Both the position numbers and the translations under genes were made by a program. Shown one piece after another: positions 27,142 through 32,000 of a DNA stretch of 32,000 nt. A model generated the notes under the pieces. The model saw only the letters and a program-made list of their open reading frames with translations. It had not been told where the DNA came from and made no database searches. Origin of the DNA: an uncultured Methanosarcinales archaeon (GTDB taxonomy: Archaea > Nanobdellota > Nanobdellia > Woesearchaeales > JACPBV01); NCBI GenBank assembly GCA_964609455.1, contig CAZSRD010000009.1, forward strand, positions 1-32,000. The letters run 5' to 3'. How positions within the stretch are numbered: the first letter of the stretch is position 1; the number at the start of each line of letters is the position of its first letter.

Positions 27142-27792
27142 ATGGTCTACCCAATAGGCAGGCTGGTTATACCTGCTATAATGAAAATATGGCTGAAGAA
27201 AGTAGAAGGAACAGATAATATCCCAAAAAATAAAGCATTTATTGTTTGCCCTAATCATTCTAGTTTTTATGATGATCTTTTGATCCCTTCAATCATTGTT
27301 CCTAGAGTAAACAGGGTATTACATATGTATGTTAACAGGAAGTTTTTCAGGCCTTTTTTATTGAGGCGGTTTTTATATTGGGGCGGCTCAATTCCTGTAG
27401 AGGTTTATGACCACCCTAAAAAGAAGGATGTAAACAAGAATGCTTTTAAGAAAGCTGTGTACTATTTAAAGAAAGGAGATTCTGTTGGTGTGTATCCTGA
27501 AGGACATAGAACTCTTGATGGCGAATTGCAAAGAGCAAAGGTTGGAGCAGCCAGATTAGCTTTAACAGCCAAAGTTCCAGTTTTACCTGTAGGAATAATT
27601 GGCTCAAGGGACGTATTGCCCAAAGGGCAATCATTACCCAGGATAAGGAAGATTGTTAGAGTTATTATTGGGAAGCCATTATATTTTGATAAGTATTATG
27701 GGAAACAGGGTGATAGGAAAGTATTAAATAATGTAACTAGAAAAATAATGAGGGAGATTGGAAAATTAATCGGAAAGAGGTACAAGTACTAA
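27142..27792 (+). CDS. PlsC-like 1-acylglycerol-3-phosphate O-acyltransferase (paralog 1)
   Basis: HX4D motif in 'VCPNHSSFYDDLLIPS', 'GSIPVEVYD', 'VYPEGHRTLDGELQRAKVGAARLALTAKVPVLPVGIIG'. Confidence 0.93.
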   Translation: MVYPIGRLVIPAIMKIWLKKVEGTDNIPKNKAFIVCPNHSSFYDDLLIPSIIVPRVNRVLHMYVNRKFFRPFLLRRFLYWGGSIPVEVYDHPKKKDVNKNAFKKAVYYLKKGDSVGVYPEGHRTLDGELQRAKVGAARLALTAKVPVLPVGIIGSRDVLPKGQSLPRIRKIVRVIIGKPLYFDKYYGKQGDRKVLNNVTRKIMREIGKLIGKRYKY

Positions 27793-27793
27793 A

Positions 27794-28426
27794 ATGGTGC
27801 ATGCTATTGAGAAGTTGACAATTATACCCATTATAAAGTTGTGGGTAAAGAAAATAAACGGATTAGAGGATATACCTAAGGACAGAAACTTTATACTATC
27901 TGCAAACCACTCAAGTTATATGGACCACCTTATCCTTTCTTCGATAATAATAACCAAACTAAACAAAAGAGTTTATTACCTTGCGAAGAAAGAACATTTT
28001 GAAACTCCTTTTCAGAAGAGGTGGCACGAACATGTTGGTGCTATACCTATTGACAGGCAGGCAGGCGGAAAAGAAGCATTGAAAACAGCAATAAAATATC
28101 TAAAAAGTAATAAGATAATAGGGGTTTATCCAGAGGGGACAAGAACACTAACAGGAAATCTCCAAAGAGGAAAGACAGGCGCAGCGAGATTAGCTTTAGC
28201 AGCCAAGGTTCCTGTACTGCCTGTAGGCTTAATTGGAACTTTTGAGGTGCTGCCTAAAGGAAAGAATATTCCTAGATTTAAGAGGGTTGTTGTTAATATT
28301 GGGAAGCTGATGTATTTTGATAAGTATTATGGGATGGAAAATGATAAAAAGACATTGAGATTAGTTACCACTAAGGTAATGAAAGAGATTGCTAAATTAA
28401 CAGGCAAGGAGTATAATTTTGATTAA
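27794..28426 (+). CDS. PlsC-like 1-acylglycerol-3-phosphate O-acyltransferase (paralog 2)
   Basis: HX4D in 'LSANHSSYMDHLILS', 'GAIPIDRQAGG', 'GVYPEGTRTLTGNLQRGKTGAARLALAAKVPVLPVGLIG'; 1 nt after paralog 1. Confidence 0.93.
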   Translation: MVHAIEKLTIIPIIKLWVKKINGLEDIPKDRNFILSANHSSYMDHLILSSIIITKLNKRVYYLAKKEHFETPFQKRWHEHVGAIPIDRQAGGKEALKTAIKYLKSNKIIGVYPEGTRTLTGNLQRGKTGAARLALAAKVPVLPVGLIGTFEVLPKGKNIPRFKRVVVNIGKLMYFDKYYGMENDKKTLRLVTTKVMKEIAKLTGKEYNFD

Positions 28427-28427
28427 G

Positions 28428-29402
28428 ATGAAAATCGCTGTAATAGGTGCAGGCGGATGGGGAACAACTTTGGCTAATTTACTAGCTTGTAAGGGGTATA
28501 AGGTTAAGTTGTGGGCTTTTGAAAAAGAGGTAGTTGATGACATTAACAATAAAAAAGAAAATACAAGATTTCTAAGGGGCGTTAATTTGTCTGAAAATCT
28601 AGAATCAACTAATAATCTGAAAGGAGCTATTGTTGGGGCAGAAATTATAATCACTGCAATACCTTCTTCATTTCTAAGGGATATGGCAAAGAAGATTTCA
28701 GAATTTATAGATAAAGATACAATTGTTATTTCTGTGACAAAAGGATTAGAGGATATAACATTTAAAAGAATGTCTGAAATCTTAGAGGAAGAATTGAAAG
28801 TTAAGGTTGTTGCTTTGTCAGGACCAAATCATGCTGAAGAGGTTAGCAGAAAGATTCCTACAGCCACTGTGATAGCATCTAAACATTTAGATGTACTGCC
28901 AAAGGTTAAAGATGTTTTGGAAACAGAGTATTTTAAGGTTTATCCTCATGATGATATTATAGGGGTAGAAGTTTGCGGAGCAATAAAGAACATAACTGCT
29001 ATTGCAGTAGGTGTTTGTGATGGTTTGAAGCTAGGGGATAATGCAAAGGCTTCTATTATAACATTTGGGTTGATGGAGATGAGCAGAGTAGGCAGATTTT
29101 TTGGTGCAAAAAGATCCACTTTTTATGGTTTAGCAGGGGTTGGCGATTTAGTAGCTACATGCACATCTAAACATTCCAGAAACAGGTTTGTTGGAGAGAG
29201 AATTGCAGAAGGAAAGAGTTTTGATGATATAAAAAAAGAGATGCATGGCATGGTAGCTGAGGGCATAAAAACGACAAAAGCAGTTTATGATTTGGCCAAG
29301 GAAAAGAACATAGATTTACCTCTTACAAAACAAGTGTATAAGGTCTTGTATGAAAAGAAAGAATTAAAAAAAGCAATAAAAGATTTGATAACCTTAATAT
29401 GA
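28428..29402 (+). CDS. gpsA: NAD(P)-dependent glycerol-3-phosphate dehydrogenase, GpsA family
   Basis: 'KIAVIGAGGWGTTLANLLACKGYKVKLWAFE', 'VVALSGPNHAEEVSRKIPTATVIAS', 'VCGAIKNITAIAVGVCDGLKLGDNAKASIITFGLMEMSR', 'GLAGVGDLVATCTSKHSRNRFVGERI'. ORF track start 28419; ATG at 28428 likely. Confidence 0.96.
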   Translation: MKIAVIGAGGWGTTLANLLACKGYKVKLWAFEKEVVDDINNKKENTRFLRGVNLSENLESTNNLKGAIVGAEIIITAIPSSFLRDMAKKISEFIDKDTIVISVTKGLEDITFKRMSEILEEELKVKVVALSGPNHAEEVSRKIPTATVIASKHLDVLPKVKDVLETEYFKVYPHDDIIGVEVCGAIKNITAIAVGVCDGLKLGDNAKASIITFGLMEMSRVGRFFGAKRSTFYGLAGVGDLVATCTSKHSRNRFVGERIAEGKSFDDIKKEMHGMVAEGIKTTKAVYDLAKEKNIDLPLTKQVYKVLYEKKELKKAIKDLITLI

Positions 29403-30008
29403 TTATTCCTCTGTGAAGTCATCTACTGTTTCTTTAAAGTCACTGTCGTTTTTGATTATTCCTCTTAACTTTAAGTATTCTCTTGCAAGAATATAAAAGA
29501 ACAATCCTAGACTTTTCTTTCCTTTATTATTACAAGGGACGACCAGATCTAGGTTATTTGATTGATTGTTTGTATCACATAATGCAATTACAGGTATACC
29601 AATCTTGTTAGCATCTAAGATAGCGTTTCTATCTGGCCAAGAGTCTGTTGATAGGATAACTTTTGATTCATAATATATTTCCAAAGCAGGGTTAGTTAAC
29701 ATGCCTGGAGGGTATCTTCCAGCTACAAATTTGATACCAGTTACTCTTCCAAATGTCTTTACTGCTTTCCATCCATTCTCCCTTCTACTTACGATTAAAA
29801 TGTCTTCTGGATCATATTGAGCTATAAAATTAGCTGCTGTTTTTATTCTCTCATCTATTTTTTGTAGATTCAATATACTTAATCCATCTGTCCTTGTTTT
29901 GTAGATAAATTGTTCCATATACTTTGTTTTGAATTTCGTTCCTATATGGATGCCTGATTTTAGGTATTGATCTTGCGAAACTAAAAATTTCGGATTTTCT
30001 TCTGCCAT
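29403..30008 (-). CDS. rps2: 30S ribosomal protein S2 (archaeal uS2)
   Basis: 'LVSQDQYLKSGIHIGTKFKTKYMEQFIYKTRTDGLSILNLQKIDERI', 'GRYPPGMLTNP', 'DSWPDRNAILDANKIGIPVIALCDTNNQSNNLDLVVPCNNKGKKSLGLFFYILAREYL'. Confidence 0.97.
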   Translation of the reverse strand: MAEENPKFLVSQDQYLKSGIHIGTKFKTKYMEQFIYKTRTDGLSILNLQKIDERIKTAANFIAQYDPEDILIVSRRENGWKAVKTFGRVTGIKFVAGRYPPGMLTNPALEIYYESKVILSTDSWPDRNAILDANKIGIPVIALCDTNNQSNNLDLVVPCNNKGKKSLGLFFYILAREYLKLRGIIKNDSDFKETVDDFTEE

Positions 30009-30025
30009 TTTATTTTCTCCATTAC

Positions 30026-30046
30026 GAAAAATTCTTCGAATTTTTC
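30026..30046 (-). promoter_or_regulatory. Perfect hairpin (9-bp stem, 3-nt loop) in the S2 leader
   Basis: GAAAAATTC-TTC-GAATTTTTC, 18 nt upstream of the S2 start on the minus strand; a TATA-like TTTATAAATTA lies at ~30069-30079, so the hairpin would sit at the very 5' end of the mRNA. Confidence 0.55.
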
Positions 30047-30182
30047 TAATTTAGTAAATTATTTCATAATTTATAAATTAACCAAACCGTGCTTTTTTAT
30101 AACCTCAACACATATTCGTTTTAACCATAGTTAGTTAAAACCTTTGGTAATAGACTATAGGGGTAGGGTTTTATTTAAAAAG

Positions 30183-30710
30183 TTAACTAAAAACTTCTAC
30201 ATCTTCATAAACTGGCCCTTTCGGTGTTAATGTACTTTTGATAAGCTTGAATTGTTTGATTTCTATTGTTTTTGGTTCAACCTTGATTTCTTTTAAGTTT
30301 TTAATGAATTTCTCTTTATCTTTGATGAACTTTACCCTTGCTAATGTTATATGTGGGTGGAATTGAAAGTCTTTTTTGAAATTGAACTCTTTTAGGGCAT
30401 TTTCAACATTATCCTGTAGAGCTTTGACTTCTTTGTCTGGTTTTACGCCTATCCATATAACCCTTACATAGTTTTCATTTGGAAAAACGCCTATTTTATC
30501 TACTGATAGGTTAAATGCGTTGAATTTTACTTTTTTAAGGATATCTTTTATTTGGCTGGCGTTATCCTCAGAAACTTCCCCTAGAAACTTTAATGTTAAG
30601 TGGAATTTGGTAACTTCCTTTAAGTTACCTGTTGATTTGCCTATTTTGCTTTGAATTGCAACCAAGTTATCTTTTAGTTCGTTAAAATCTATAGCTAGGA
30701 ATAATCTCAT
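30183..30710 (-). CDS. thpR: RNA 2',3'-cyclic 3'-phosphodiesterase (2'-5' RNA ligase family)
   Basis: Two HxTx motifs: 'FHLTLKFLG' and 'FHPHITLARVK'; 'MRLFLAIDFNEL' N-terminus. Confidence 0.94.
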   Translation of the reverse strand: MRLFLAIDFNELKDNLVAIQSKIGKSTGNLKEVTKFHLTLKFLGEVSEDNASQIKDILKKVKFNAFNLSVDKIGVFPNENYVRVIWIGVKPDKEVKALQDNVENALKEFNFKKDFQFHPHITLARVKFIKDKEKFIKNLKEIKVEPKTIEIKQFKLIKSTLTPKGPVYEDVEVFS

Positions 30711-30720
30711 ATTTTTTGGG

Positions 30721-30741
30721 TATAGGAAAACCTATATAAAA
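30721..30741 (-). promoter_or_regulatory. Putative TATA box and adjacent inverted repeat upstream of thpR (leaderless geometry)
   Basis: Minus-strand TTTATATAGG ~26 nt upstream of the ATG at 30710; TATAGG-AAAA-CCTATA inverted repeat at 30721-30736. Confidence 0.45.
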
Positions 30742-30831
30742 TCTCTGATTTTATAATACTCGAGTAGAGCTCGAGATATATAAATATTATGAAAAAATAA
30801 ATAAAAAAATATTAATTAAGAATAATCTTTT

Positions 30832-31152
30832 TTATTCTTTGTCTTCTTCACCAAAATCTTCTGAATCCTCTACTGGAGCTTCAGCTTCTTCTGGAGCAGC
30901 TTCATCTTTAGGAGTTTCTTCTGCTGGAGCACTACCTTCTCCAACTATTTCAGCAAAGCCAACTCTTCTTAAGACTTTTGTTACTTTTATCTTAACTACG
31001 TCGCCTTCTTTTGCGTTTGGTATGAAGAGGACAAAGCCGTCTTTCTTTGCTATACCGTCTCCTTTTTCTCCTACTGCCTCTATTTTTACTTCTATTTCAT
31101 CCCCAACCTTAACTGGGGCCATAAACCCTCTATTTCCAAAATCTCTTTCCAT
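30832..31152 (-). CDS. Small TRAM-domain RNA-binding protein with acidic tail
   Basis: 'PVKVGDEIEVKIEAVGEKGDGIAKKDGFVLFIPNAKEGDVVKIKVTKVLRRVGFAEIV' is a canonical archaeal TRAM domain, followed by a Glu/Ala/Pro-rich tail. Confidence 0.93.
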   Translation of the reverse strand: MERDFGNRGFMAPVKVGDEIEVKIEAVGEKGDGIAKKDGFVLFIPNAKEGDVVKIKVTKVLRRVGFAEIVGEGSAPAEETPKDEAAPEEAEAPVEDSEDFGEEDKE

Positions 31153-31272
31153 ATTTTACTTCACCTATCTATCTAATTACGTGTTCTCACACAATCTTAC
31201 ACCCATGTGTAATAAGCTTTACGAATGAGCAAGGGTATTTAAAGCTAATGTTTTTAAGAAAAAAAGAAAAAA

Positions 31273-32000
31273 TTATATGTCTTTTATAGCTTCTTTTGTT
31301 ACTATAAATCCACATTCCCCGTCTGCAAGATTCGGCGCGTCAACTAGTTTTGCAACTCTTGTTCCCTTTTTGCCTTTTCTTAGGTATATTCTGAAAGCTG
31401 AGTTGTGGGCAACTATATGGCCGCCTATTGCTTCTGTAGGGTCACCAAAGAATGTGTCTGGTTTTGCCATAACCTGATTAGTAACATAAACGCATAGATT
31501 ATGCTTATTTGCTAATCTTGACAATACATGCATATGTTTGTTTAATTTCTGCTGCCTGTCTGCTAGTGTACCTCTTCCAACAAATTCTGCCCTAAAGTGC
31601 GCTGTTAATGAGTCTACAATTACTAATCTCACTTTTAATCCTTGTTTTGTAATCAGGTCGTCTACCTTTTCTGCTAACAACATTTGATGGTCTGAGTTGT
31701 AGGCTCTAGCTACTTTTATGCTGTTTAAAACCTGCTCTGAATCCAAGCCTGCCCCTTCTGAGAACTCGATAATCCTTTCCGGCCTGAATGTGCTTTCTGT
31801 ATCGATAAAAACAGTGCATGCAGTTGGATCCATTTTCTGAACATTGACAGCTAATTGGTGGGCAATCTGCGTTTTGCTTGAGCCATATTGGCCAAAACAT
31901 TCTGTTATAGCTCCTGTTTCGAAACCGCCGCCCACTAATGCGTCAAATGCTTTGCTGCCTGTAGAAAGCCTAATAACCTTGCTTCTTTGCTCTAATAGTT
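31273..32000 (-). CDS. radA: Archaeal recombinase RadA (N-terminus truncated by window edge)
   Basis: ORF track gives 31273..31935, but the frame stays open to the window end (...EQRSKVIRLSTGSKAFDALVGGGFETGAITECFGQYGSSKTQIAHQLAVNVQ). 'VFIDTESTFRPERI', 'LLAEKVDDLITKQGLKVRLVIVDSLTAHFRAEFVGRGTLADRQQKLNKHMHVLSRLANKHNLCVYVTNQV'. Confidence 0.96.
   Translation of the reverse strand, partial: LLEQRSKVIRLSTGSKAFDALVGGGFETGAITECFGQYGSSKTQIAHQLAVNVQKMDPTACTVFIDTESTFRPERIIEFSEGAGLDSEQVLNSIKVARAYNSDHQMLLAEKVDDLITKQGLKVRLVIVDSLTAHFRAEFVGRGTLADRQQKLNKHMHVLSRLANKHNLCVYVTNQVMAKPDTFFGDPTEAIGGHIVAHNSAFRIYLRKGKKGTRVAKLVDAPNLADGECGFIVTKEAIKDI

Noticed and set aside
13293-29402. Possibility that the lipid cluster is bacterial contamination in a chimeric contig
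   Set aside because: Clearly archaeal genes flank both sides, AT-rich composition looks uniform by eye, and thiolases and the DUF35-like module are of archaeal type. Not excluded formally; read-coverage and k-mer analysis would be decisive.
30839-31228. 129-aa plus-strand Ser/Thr-rich ORF
   Set aside because: Exact antisense of the TRAM-domain gene's acidic tail; composition is a complement artefact.
1-32000. tRNA/rRNA genes, transposases, inteins or toxin-antitoxin pairs
   Set aside because: Looked through intergenic gaps and proteins; none recognisable. The RadA fragment also shows no intein in the visible part.

Overview
AT-rich archaeal window, most likely DPANN/Woesearchaeota-like by gene content (inference). 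Archaeal markers are RadB, uS2, a TRAM-domain protein, MBF1, a RadA fragment at the right edge and ThpR. The left third encodes a giant, left-truncated Ig-like surface protein translationally coupled to a Cys-rich/TSP3-type membrane protein. It also carries an MBF1-like regulator and an envelope/glycosylation block (membrane glycosyltransferase, membrane-anchored thioredoxin-fold protein, GT2). The most notable content, ~13.3-29.4 kb, is a dense acyl-lipid gene set flanked on both sides by archaeal informational genes. It comprises acyl-CoA carboxylase carboxyltransferase, biotin carrier protein, hotdog thioesterase, biotin ligase, biotin carboxylase, FabZ-like dehydratase, two SCP-x-like thiolase paralogs around a DUF35-like/DUF362 fusion, FabG, acyl-CoA dehydrogenase, EtfB/EtfA, two tandem PlsC-like acyltransferases and GpsA. 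No ACP, KAS (FabH/FabF) or FabD is visible. I interpret it as a candidate ACP-independent, thiolase-based fatty-acid synthesis (or degradation) pathway linked to sn-glycerol-3-phosphate acylation in an archaeon. Other signals are a palindromic CATAAG(G/C)TTTT repeat cluster near the ACC promoter with a related motif at the dehydratase promoter, several intergenic hairpins, unusual N-terminal extensions on the biotin carboxylase and EtfA, and an atypical RadA Walker A motif (GQYGSSKT).
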